Below are positions 23,403 through 34,814 of a stretch of 64,000 nt of DNA, one piece after another. Position 1 is the first letter of the stretch, and the number at the start of each line of letters is the position of its first letter. This DNA is from Schmidtea polychroa (lineage: Eukaryota). A model generated the notes under the pieces. The model searched no databases and was not told the origin of the DNA. It worked only from the letters and a program-made list of their open reading frames with translations. The translations under genes and the position numbers were made by a program. The stretch is taken from contig CM097886.1 in NCBI GenBank assembly GCA_044892525.1, positions 67,766,001-67,830,000 on the forward strand, read 5' to 3'.

Positions 23403-26342
23403 CAGGCCCGTACCGTCGGTGGGCCCAGGAGGGCCCGCCCCCCCCCCCAAACGCAAGTCTGGCCCCCCAAATAAAAAAACGGACATGAATAAAAAATGAT
23501 GGTTTTACTTCAAGGTGAAAATGAAATAAACCATTACATTTATTCATGTACCATAAATGATCTAATAAGCACTATATAATGGGCCGAATCCTAAAGAAAC
23601 CTTTTAATTAAAGTCGGAGCATCGTTTTAAATTTTACTAAATAAAAACTTTCTCGTATCCTAATTAACTGAGACTTAATCATTTTCTTAAGTTAAAAAAG
23701 ATTCTCTAACAAAACTTTCAATGGGTGGTGAGGTCTTTTAAATTAGTAAAGCAATGTTACATGTCGCGAAATTTCTCAGATGTGTACGGAATTCGAACCC
23801 CGGAGTGTGTCTATAAATTTCCCCAAATCGTTAAAGGGTAGTGCTGGACAATTAAAATATTAGCCTCACAGGATTGCTTAACACCAAATGTTAACAGCGC
23901 AACAATTGTCGATACCAAACGTTGTCGACAACAGTTGCTCTAATGTGAATCACTGCATTACATTCAATATGTTTGATAAAAGAAAAATTGCTATCGTGCA
24001 CACATGCATTGACATGGGTGTGTATGAGTTGCACATGTAGAGGTTTATGTAGTATGGACGGGGGTAGGATGTTCCATCTATCTGCCTCACTGGAAGAGAC
24101 TGGCATGTGAAGTCGGTGGCGTGGGTAGGGTGCGTGCTGTCTGTCTTTCCTGCCTCACAGGCAGTAACAACGCATGGAGGCATGATTGAGTGTCAGAGAA
24201 CGGAGTGGGTGCATTGTGGTCTTTATACGATGGTAGAGAGATAGGCCAATGAGAGCACATCACATGTCATTATACTCAACTCACTCCTATGACAGAATGA
24301 CATGTTAATTGATCATATTTTGTAACATTATTTTCATCGTATTAGAACATGTCGACACAAAAGAGTATCATGAATTTCTTCCAAGTAATTCCAAAGAATT
24401 CTGTGACTTCAGTCACTTCATCCAGTGATAGTATCTCTGCTACTATGTCCTCAACTTGTGCTAGTCCTTCATCTGTACCTGCTATTTCATGTATCCGTGA
24501 CAGTGCAGTGATGTCCTCATCTTCTTGTGCACCTGCTAAGACTCTGTCATCTACTAAATGTGATCTGGGTGAAGAAATACCACGCCAGCCAACTGATGTA
24601 AATTTCCCAAAGACTTCGTTTGGTTCAAGGGAACGCTCATTTTCGTCTGTGTGGTATAATGGAAGACCATATTTGAAGTACTCTATTGAGAAAGATGCAG
24701 TCTTCTGCTTTTGCTGTAGAAAATTTTCATTGCCCGGCTCTGCTGGCGAAAGTGCTTTCAGAACAGGAGGATTCCGAAATTGGAAATCGGCTTTAGAAAA
24801 AGTAAAAGGTTTTCAAAAGCATGAATCTTCTGCTGGCCACATCATTGCCATGGAACGCTGGAAAAAGAAACAGCTGAGATGTGAAAAAGGTGAGGAAGTT
24901 TGCACTTTGATTAATGAAACCCAGCTGAAGAACAACCGTTATTATGTCAACGAAATCGTTGACGTTGTAAGGTTTCTTGTGACAAATGAATTAGCCTTTC
25001 GTAGTGACAGTTTCAGTAGAGATGATATTGATGAGGATGATAAGCTTCCGTGTGGTCTATTTTTACGTCTCTTCGAATACACTGTTAAGAAAAATCCTGA
25101 GCTGGCTCGAATCATTAAAACGATTCCCAAAATTGCCACGTACACATCACCTCGAATTCAAAATGAAATTATCGCGTCAATGGCATCAATAGTGCAAGAG
25201 TCAATTGTTAAGAAGTGAAAGTCTGCGGATGTTGAATATTTTACTCTGAAGGTGGATGGTACCAAAGATCGAACAGGGACTGAGAATGTGTCGATTTCCA
25301 TAAGGTTTGTCTCAGCAGGACAACCTCAGGAGCACTTAATCTGCATTTCCCGAACAATTGCTCTCAATGTAGAGGCCTTCACAGATGTAATTTTGACAAC
25401 CTTGAAAGAGGTCAGTTGGATCCTAAAAATATAATCTCCCAATGCTATGATGGAGCCGCTGTTATGTCTGGACAGCATGGTGGGGTGCATGCCTTGCTTC
25501 AGGAGCGTCTACAAATAGAAATTCCGTATGTCCATTGCTTCAACCACAAGTTGCATTTGGTTGTTGTGTGTGCCGTTTCTGAGTGCCAAAAACTGCGGGA
25601 CTTCTTCGACATATGCAGAAACTTATACACATTTTTGTCATATCCTAAGGTTGCGGCCATATATCAAGGCGATAAATTGACACGGCTCATGGAACATCGT
25701 TGGACAGGACACTTGCAGACGACTCAGGCAATAACAACTAATTATGATACAATTGTGAATTTTCTTGAGATGTGTTCTAGTAGACATTCTCACTTTTCAA
25801 TTGATATTCAATTGGAAGCTACTGGACTCTTGCATCGAGTCAATGAAGTGGAGTTTCAGTTCATTGCACAGATGGTGCTCTCATTACTGACTATCCTTGA
25901 AACAGCCAACAATAGCTTCCAGGGTCAAGCAATGGACCTTTCTTCAGCATGTGATGTTATGGATGCCGTCATAGAGCGCATTCGCAGCCTACGCAATGAA
26001 AAGGAATTCCAAGTTCTTTTTGGGAAATTCGAAGGTCAAATGGATATGGAACAGACACCAAAAAGAAGAAGAACTCAGATGAACTCAAAATTAGACAACT
26101 TCATTGTGTTCGGATCTGTGGAACAGCCAGAACACCAGGCCTTGCCTATCAGATGCGCATATCGCCAGATGTATTACGAAGTCGTTGATAGGACTCTGCA
26201 GGAACTAACAAAACGCTTCGGTGTCACCAACAGAAGCCTTTATAAGTCTCTTGCATGTTTGAAGACTGATCACGCAAACTTTTTGAATATTGAGGAGCTA
26301 AAGACTTAGTGCAAGAACTGTACTCATACCGAGATGCTTTTG
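23403..26342 (+). mobile_element. hAT transposon (TTF zinc finger plus DUF4371 type), 3'-truncated
   Basis: Left end CAGGCCCGTACCG with GGGCCC subterminal motifs. Transposase from ATG 24349 (YSIEKDAVFCFCCRKF, GFRNWK, KHESSAGH, LAFR, YTSPRIQNEII, QCYDG, HCFNHKLHL, HRW) with one stop (25216) and one frameshift (about 25420). Dimerisation domain and right TIR absent. Confidence 0.9.
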
Positions 26343-27990
26343 GAGATATAATATTTAATTTACTTGGAGAATTTGAATAAAATTGAAGCGGAGAAATTAA
26401 AGAGAAAACAGAAATAAAGAAAAGCAGCAAGAGTTTATTTAGTGATAATAGAGTAAAGTTCGGCGAGTAAATTCAAGTCAAATCAGAAAACAACCAGTAA
26501 AAATTACCAATTATTACACTCATCAGTTGTGAGAGATTTGTCAAATCAAGGTTATGCGTGTGTGCTATTCCTCACCATAGTGTTGAGACAATTATATCAT
26601 TGGAAAATATTTGTGATATTCAATGAAGTTTCCAGTGTTAATTGTTATTTGTGGGTCAGTCAAAAACACGCTTGCAGACAGAGAAAGAATTTTAATTTTA
26701 TCACCAACCCAATAACCCAACATATTTTGGTGAGCCCGATGTGATCTAAAGTTGGTGAAAAGATTGTTGAAAAAAATAGTGAAAATAGTGTGATAAATTG
26801 AAATTATTGAAGTTGATTGCTAAAATATAAATTATTTATTGTAGTAATAATTTGAGATTTAGATTTTGTGTAATTTGAGAAAATAATTTATTAAAGTGAA
26901 TCGATATTATTTACGTAGGAAGAATAAAAAGGAACCTATAATGAGTTGTGAAGATTTGCCAGTTTCAGTTGTTAAAGGAAATAATGATTTTGCCCGTTGT
27001 CAAAGATTACCAGTAGAGCAATATGGAGGAGATTTAATTATTTTTGTTGATTTTATGAGCGATTATTATATGTATGCAACGGCTTATGGATGGTCTCAAG
27101 CAATCATGATTCAGAGATTAACTTTATATCTTAAAGAAGCAGCTAGAGGTTTGGCAACAAATCGACAGGAAAACAATCGCCAATGATTGGGCCAAGTTGA
27201 AAGATGCATTGGCTGCTAAACTTATTGGAGGAGATATTAAGAGATTAATGCGTCAAACATTTTATAATAGAGTTCAAAATCCAAATGAAACAGTGAGCGA
27301 ATTTGCGTATCATTTATCGAAAATCCTTTGAAGAAGATGCGAAACAACCAGGATTAGCCCACAAATGCAGGAGTGATTCAAGACCAATCTTGTCAGGAGG
27401 AAATACAGAGATAAAGACGGCATTTTGCTGTGTAAACTATGACAATTTCGACGAACTGGTTAAAAGGGCTATGAAAATTGAATTGAATCTAATGAGCACT
27501 AAAAATAAATCTGAGATATTTGCGATAATTCCAGTACAAAGAGAGAGATCAATAGATTTGGGAATCAGGAAATAGATTCCAACCATCAAAAAGAAGTTGA
27601 GTTTAACAAAAACTAAAACCGTTATTAAACTTTGTGCAGAATGTTATGCAACAAGTGTGGAAAGCGAAAGGTATTCGAAAAATTTATGGAGGAATTTGGC
27701 CAATCTCTACGAAAAATTAAATGGTTAGACCCGATATTCATTAAAACAAATACATCAGACGGCACCAAATCTGATTATCAAATTGAATAACACGAAAAAG
27801 TGCACGATCTAAAAAGAGAAATAATGCACAAGTGTGAAGTTTGGGCTGTGGAACTTAGATTTATGAAAGACGACGAATTTTTGGTAGATTGTGGATTGAT
27901 CCCCGTGGTTGAAAATGAAATACAAATAATGAGCATGATTGCCAATGAGAAAACAGTCAAATATGATGTTGATAGAATCAAAATTTAATT
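26343..27990 (+). mobile_element. 5' part of a Gypsy/Ty3 LTR retrotransposon (partial LTR, PBS, decayed gag, possible protease)
   Basis: LTR ends CCCAACA at 26722, followed by a PBS. gag from 26940 (YATAYGWS..RLTLYLKEAA; DWAKLKDAL; NRVQNPNETVSEFAYHL); CNKCGK knuckle trace at about 27645; FLVDCG aspartic-protease-like motif at about 27880. Confidence 0.8.
26728..26745 (+). promoter_or_regulatory. Primer-binding site, tRNA-Trp type
   Basis: TGGTGAGCCCGATGTGAT versus the remembered complement of the metazoan tRNA-Trp 3' end, TGGTGACCCCGACGTGAT (16/18); lies 5 nt after the LTR's CA. Confidence 0.7.
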
Positions 27991-28304
27991 AAATGAAGCA
28001 TTGTTCAAGGTAAATACAGGTGATATTAATGATAAATTATATAATATTTTAAATTTAGCGCTTGAATTGGGAGATAAATTAAAAATTTTAGATTGTGTCA
28101 GACCCTATATGAAGTGTAAAAATTAATATAATGAGATGATAAAAACGCTTATTCTAAAATTTGGACAAGAGTTTAGAGAAAAAATAGTTTATATTGAGCC
28201 ATTCATAATAATGTTAAAGATAAATAATCAAGGAATGCACAGACGAGCATTGGTGTACGAAAGTGAGTGAAATATGAAGGAGAGCAGCAGAAATTATGGC
28301 CAAT

Positions 28305-28391
28305 ATTATTAAATATATTAATATATTAAATAAGATATTAAATATATTAAGATATTAAATATATTAAATATATTAATATTATTAATATATT
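28305..28391. repeat. AT-rich minisatellite (ATATTAAAT)n
   Basis: About 9 imperfect units. Confidence 0.8.
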
Positions 28392-29411
28392 ACCAAAATG
28401 GAAATATTTCTCATTAAATTACCTAAGAATTTATAACTAATATACATGTGGCTTTATTAATATACCCCTGTGACCAGTACCTTTACGACAAATACCCATA
28501 ATGGGACAAAATACCTTGCCGGATAAACTCTGAGTATATAAAAGAACTTACAATATGTTATTATCTTTATTGATTAATTTGTTGTATATATCAAAATACT
28601 GATATTGATAAATTAACTCAAAAATAAAATATTTTTTGTAAGTCATCCGACAAAAAAATTTAATGATAAATAAAGATATATAACCTTCAACACTAGCAAT
28701 TCTTTACCAGATTATGCGAAAAACATTTGAACTGTGTCGCTAGAATTTTGCGATTTTTGTTTAATGCATAATGGTAATGTTTCGTTGATAATGCTGATAA
28801 GGATATTCATGGACTTAGCACGGTACTCGTTTAACATGTTTTCGATCTTACACGTTTCTAAATAAATTTTATTTCCGAAAATGGTTAATTTTGACCTCAT
28901 GCGAATTTATATCTGCTTAATTATAATCGGGTAATATTTAAGTTTTATACATATTATTATCACTTAAAAATGAATACTATATATGCACTTGGATAAAAAT
29001 ACAAAAAATGGAAATTCTTCTTTTAATATTCAAATTTTGTCATTAATTACACACATTTTAAACTCTAATTTTCATAATTAACTCATACGTAAAGTTATTC
29101 TAATGTTGGTTACTTAGGGGTGTGTCCTTTTTACAATTTAAAATACGTTAGGGGTAATCATAATCGTTCGACTCTTTCCTAAGCACCTCCATGACTATTG
29201 CAATTTAAACCATTTGTGTACCCATGGCGACGACCATGTTGGTACTGTACACAAAGGTGAAAAAACAATGAGCAGGTGAGCTCTATTACTAAAACTACTC
29301 CCCATTGGATTTTCTTTTCGGGTTCTAGACTGCCGATAGAAGGTCTTACGTCCTTATTCACTATATATGCTATTTTTGGATCGATGTTGGTCCTCAATTA
29401 CGGGTATTTCT

Positions 29412-29612
29412 AATTGTTCTCTTATAAAATTTTGTGCAGGGATCCGTCCTTATTTCCCAGCTAGTAACTATTGTTCTACACTTCCTACAATATTTAAATT
29501 ATCCTTTGAAAAATTTGCGCAGGGATTGGCCCTTATTTTCAAGTTAATCCACACTTGCCATAATATTTAAATTGTTCTTCAAAGATTTTGAGCAGGGATC
29601 TCCCTGTGTTTC
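29412..29612. repeat. Three degenerate 73-83 bp direct repeats
   Basis: GCAGGGAT at 29436, 29519 and 29592; ACACTT.C.A.AATATTTAAATT at 29478 and 29551. Confidence 0.7.
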
Positions 29613-30092
29613 TAATCCTGAGCTGTCGGAAAAATTACATAAATCTAACTTTATCCATCTTCAACTGGTCTCAACTATTCCATCTTTACTCCTAACTCAC
29701 TTATGTCTATAAAACATAAAGGTGATTAAGCCACCTACATTATCTAAATCTAAATAAAATCCTAAACGACCTAAAATGACATTACACTCCCTAATCATTC
29801 CTATCACTATCACTGTCCTCTAACTCGATGGACTCAACCGGCGAAATATCTGCCGACCAACAGCACGTAGTGCCGCCCGTCCACAAACTTTTCCCCAGCC
29901 CAGACCATCGACACAATCAACAAATAATATAATTGAATTCAATAAAAACTATGATTAGAATAAATGAATTTAAACCATTAAAAAGGATCACTAAAGAAAA
30001 TTTAACCGAAACATTAATAGCATATAAAATTTATTAATTAAAATACTCCATAAAAATTACAGAAAACAATAACAAATAAATTACCACATCCA

Positions 30093-30759
30093 CGTTGGCA
30101 TAAAATCGAAACTGAGAGTTCTGCAAATTAAGTGGCTATGTTGGAAAAAGAGTGAGTTTTTCAATTGAATTTGTGATCAGTATTTATACTGATTTTGAAT
30201 GCGTACTCTATCCAATCAGAGTGCGAGAATTATTGAATTGATTTTGCACACATGCATGAATGTGTGTAATTATTTATTTGTTTTAATTTCATAAATTTAA
30301 TTAATTTCTTATTTAATTTTTATTAATTTTAATTTTACAAATTTTATAATTTAACTAATTTGAGTTATATTAATTTTTATTAATTTAAACATTTTTATTC
30401 TTTAAATTTAATAAGTTAAATAACCATTTAATTCTATAAACTTTACAATTTACATAATGCTAATTAATTTTATTATTTTTGACGATTTAATTTTTATATT
30501 GTTTAAATAATTTTCAACTAATTCCATTTTATATTTTATTATTTTTCTATTTAAATTTTTAAGTGTTGAATTTTCTGTTAAATTTATTTATCTCTTTATT
30601 CTATTATACGGGGTTTATTGATTCTTAATGTGTGATGTAGTTTATTTTATTTATTTTAAATTAAACCTTGGTCATAAATTTTTTTCTACTTTGCGGTTTT
30701 TGTGTTAGGTATTTTCGATCGATTAAAACAAACTCTCAGTTCTCGTTTTCAGCCCAACA
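30093..30759. mobile_element. Possible old MITE with degenerate ~30-bp TIR
   Basis: GTTGG...AACTGAGAGTT on the left versus AACTCTCAGTT...CCAAC on the right; very AT-rich interior; no TSD. Confidence 0.3.
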
Positions 30760-30855
30760 CTAATTAAGTAAATAAGAATTTGTCGTGTAACATTTTTTTG
30801 ATTTTTTTAAAGTTTTAGTTTTACCGTAGAAAAAGAAAAAATTATCAAAACAGTG

Positions 30856-31070
30856 ATGAAGAGAAAAAATATATCTTTAGAAACGAAAATTGAACTTAGT
30901 GCATTCACAGCAAAAGTCGTTCGCGAGGGACTTGTAATAGGAAGAAAATTAGAAAACTATTTTCAAGAATATGATCCGAATGTCGAACGAGCTCTCAAAT
31001 TTTAGCGAGATTATGATAAACTTTTAAGTTAATTTGAGGAAGTCTACAAGGATATAATTAAAAATAGACC
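30856..31070 (+). pseudogene. Internally deleted pogo/Tigger transposase fragment
   Basis: MKRKNISLETKIEL (N-terminal HTH start) fused to YDPNVERALKF*RD...EEVYKD (C-terminal motif typical of Tigger-like transposases). Confidence 0.55.
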
Positions 31071-32036
31071 ACATTTGCTTATTTCAGACTCTTTTGCTGA
31101 AAAGTCTCATCGAACTACATCTGAACTCAATACATCAATGTTAGAAAAAAAATAATGTTTATTTTTCTAGAAATAGATTTTTTATGTTATTTTTTCATTT
31201 TAGAAATAAATTAGATTATCTTTATGTTTTTTATCATTGAACTGTTTTTTTATTTTTCATTAAATATATTTGTGATTCATATTTTATTTTCAATAATGAC
31301 TGAAAAAGCCTGTTTACAATGGTTTTCGTTTTACACGGTATTTCTATACAAAAAATGGATTTTCGAGTTGCACTCAACAAAGGAATACTTGATGAAAATA
31401 TTAAATTAATATTAAGTTAAAGAATAATTTCAAAATTATTTTGACTGCCATTTTGTCAGACTATCTTTTCTCTTAGTGTAAATCAGAAATCTTTGATACA
31501 AATGCTACCAAAAAATATAAATAAACTGAAAAAGCTAAGATATTTGTATATATGAAGTAATTAATGATGTGGAAACATAAAATATTTCTTCAAAAACATT
31601 CGTTAAAGATCCTTTTTATTGTCAAAATGTGAATTTTTTATTATCAAAATTTAGTGAACAGCGCTTGTTTTTTCTAACGTTACATTTTTAATCTTTCTGC
31701 GTTGGGTACCCTCATTTACTGTCATTTTATATTGGTTAGTTTTTTATATTATTGAATCTCTTATTTTTATCATTTGATCCCTTTGTCATTATTACCTTTG
31801 GTTTATAAACTTATAATCATATCCCAACAGTATCATAAGAGCCTTTTGAGATAGCAATTAAAGTTATACGCTTGTAGGTTGTTCTCAGTGTGATATATCG
31901 GAGTTTAAAAAATCAATTTTCATTTATTAGTATTTGAAAATTCATGGCTTTCAAAGGAAAAGAATTAAAATCTAATAGTATATTATTGAATTATTTATAA
32001 AATTTATATTTATATTCAATATTATAGCCCATTTTA

Positions 32037-32591
32037 ATGGCAGCAAGACTTGTAACTGATGAAAATGGTGAAAAGTTAACCTCTCAGGGAGTTGATCACA
32101 CTACGCATTATCACAATTTAAATTTATTTATAACTACAATATTTTCCCAATTCTTAGAAAAAACAGTAAAGAATTATTTCAAGTCAGACAATCCATTTGT
32201 GATAATAAATGGGTTATTAGATTTAATGTGGACCAAATTTCATGAGGATTTTGATCCGCTTTTGTATTATTTGCAAATAAAATATCCGACTGAAGTAAAC
32301 GTATTGGTCGCTTTTTGTGTAGCGTATCGTGACGATATTGCACTCGCTCTGATAAATAGAGTTTACAAATTTCAAGTCCCAACCGAAGTTTTAGTCGTTG
32401 AATCAACGAGCATGACAACAACCGAAGAAATGGTCATAGATGAACCGAAAGCCAATTTGTTGTGGTATTTCCTAATGATTTTAGAATTATTTCAAGGAAC
32501 TGTTCGCGGAGTCTTTCCACCGTGGTTTGTGAGGAAAGTTATAGATGCTTTGAAAATTGACATCAATAAAAGAAATATTGATGAGAATTAA
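32037..32591 (+). CDS. Orphan intronless ORF, 184 aa
   Basis: Uninterrupted ATG-TAA frame with normal amino-acid complexity; AATAAA about 50 nt downstream; candidate 50-nt GT-AG intron (31978-32027) just upstream. No family recognised. Confidence 0.6.
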   Translation: MAARLVTDENGEKLTSQGVDHTTHYHNLNLFITTIFSQFLEKTVKNYFKSDNPFVIINGLLDLMWTKFHEDFDPLLYYLQIKYPTEVNVLVAFCVAYRDDIALALINRVYKFQVPTEVLVVESTSMTTTEEMVIDEPKANLLWYFLMILELFQGTVRGVFPPWFVRKVIDALKIDINKRNIDEN

Positions 32592-34709
32592 TTTCGAAAT
32601 TTTCTTTCATTTGTTTACCTAAAGAAATTAACGCTGATTTAATAAAACTAATTTTCCTTGAAATTTTGGAAATTCTTCAATTATATTTTTCTGTTTTAAT
32701 CTTCAATTTTAATAAGTTAATATATTTGACATTGAATTATTTCTTTATTAATTATATATTAGAATTTAATAAAGTTTCGATATGAATAAATTTCACTTAC
32801 TCTGTTCATTATTCAATAATTAAGACCAAACAATATTGAAACTTTATTTTTATAACATAAATTCACTTTCATCAAATATAGGAATTCAGAATCAACTTAG
32901 GTTTATCTTGCCAAGTAGATTACCTTAAATATCAGTAAAATTAGTAGACGATATTTCTTCTGGTTTATTGCCTTTACTCTTCATTAGGAGGGACATCAAG
33001 TACACAATTTTGTTATGAATAGCAAATCTACAACACGCCGTTATCAAGGTTTAAATTGCATAATATCTAAAAGGGAGTTTATTGATTAACTAAATATGAG
33101 TACAAAATTCCCACAAACACAAAAATTCCCACAAAAATTTATTAACTAATAACAATTATGTACAGAAAAATAAAATCACTTATAAAAATTATACAATTGT
33201 TTATTTTTTTAGTGTGTTCCATCTACTATATATCCCTACTTGCTACTATATAGTGGTTATTGAGATGGGTTTGAATAGATGGGTTTTGAATATTGGCGAG
33301 TGAATTTCTGACACTTGTAAATTGTTGAGACATTTACTATTTTGTGGCAATTTAGAACTTCGTATTATTATAACAATTATATATTTCATTTCTACAATTG
33401 TGTTATTTTATTTTACATTTAAAATATTAGGTACTCATTGAGTTAAGTACAGATGGAACATCCGTAGAAAGAAAGGAATTAGTGTCTTCTATCTACACCA
33501 TGAACCAATAGAATCCGTAGATTTAGCAGGCCCAAGTGGTTCTCAACTTTATTTTCAGGTTCTGCCGAGATTGCACAGTACTAACATCATTCATGGTAGG
33601 TCAGACAGGCTATAACATGATTTTGATTGAGATTTGAGTGATGATAATAGAAGGAACGAGTTTGCTTATTAGTATCGATAACCAATCCCATCTTGATAGA
33701 TCCTAACAAAGATAATTTTTGTTAATGCATCTGTATTTGCATGTAACTTCCATTTTTGATATTCCAACTTTATATTCAATTCACTTAAACAATTTATAAA
33801 TTTCTAGAGTTGAGCACCAATGGATTTTTTTGTATTAATCATAAATATTATCGCTTATTTTTCTAATCTACTAGGAAACAATAATTAGTATAAAATCCAT
33901 TTTTCTATTTCATAGATATGACAGTTTATTATGCATCTGTCTTCTTCCAAATGATCATTTTCTTTGTCAAATTTCAGTCTTGAAAATATTCATGGTTTAT
34001 TTTGGAAATATGATCACAATGTTCTTCATCAATTTATCAGCCTTCAAGTAATCTGTAATATATTACTATCACATTATAAATATACGACCAGCATTTTTCT
34101 TAGTTTCTTATCATTGTCCAATATTGACGCTTAGTGGAAAGCAAAGAATTTAAACTAATCTCCAAACGTAAGATTTTTTATGGACGCTGTGAACCTAAAT
34201 GTTCTTAAACTTTAAATTATTTATTTTCTTTTTTTCAAATTAAAGTAAAAAGTATAACTCTAGTTAAAATATCGACATTTCGATCAGGTGGTTCCCAATT
34301 AAGAATGCGAAGGCTAAGATCCCAGTCAACGTTATTTACTTGTATTTTACTTCGAAACACCTAGGTTTATAATATTCTTTAGGAAGACATGTCATTTTGC
34401 TTTCATGACCCGATGCCGCGTAATAGTTCACCGTTTTGAAAATTTTGTTCTATTTAATCTACTAATTACTTTTTCGCCTGATATATAGTCAATAATTGAG
34501 TTAATAAACTTGAACAAATTTTCACTAAATTAAATTAATTTTAATAGCTTTTACATTTATCCCTTAACTTTTGTGATTTTCGGATTGTTTAAATACTCAT
34601 AAGTATCAGTGACAAATTTGAAGGTTTAAATAATAACTATTTTTTATAGCTATATTACATAACCAAATTTCATTTAGATTTGGAAACATTTATAACATAT
34701 TTTCAAAAA

Positions 34710-34814
34710 ATGGATTCTCTTCCTTCGGTTTTCAATTCAACTACTAATGACAGTCTCAAATGCCCGTTTTGTAGGAATATTTTTATTGATCCAGTTTTAG
34801 CTACAGGATGTGGA
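34710..34814 (+). CDS. TRAF7: TRAF7 exon 1 (RING start)
   Basis: MDSLPSVF...[18 protein letters not shown]|GTATGT. Confidence 0.9.

Noticed and set aside
23770-23805. B-box-like GGTTCGAATTCC on the minus strand
   Set aside because: The T-stem does not pair properly, there is no A-box or cloverleaf, and it lies inside the hAT 5' region.
29412-29612. Repeat-spacer pattern as a CRISPR array
   Set aside because: Only three degenerate units, the intervening sequence is itself repeated, there are no cas genes, and the context is eukaryotic.
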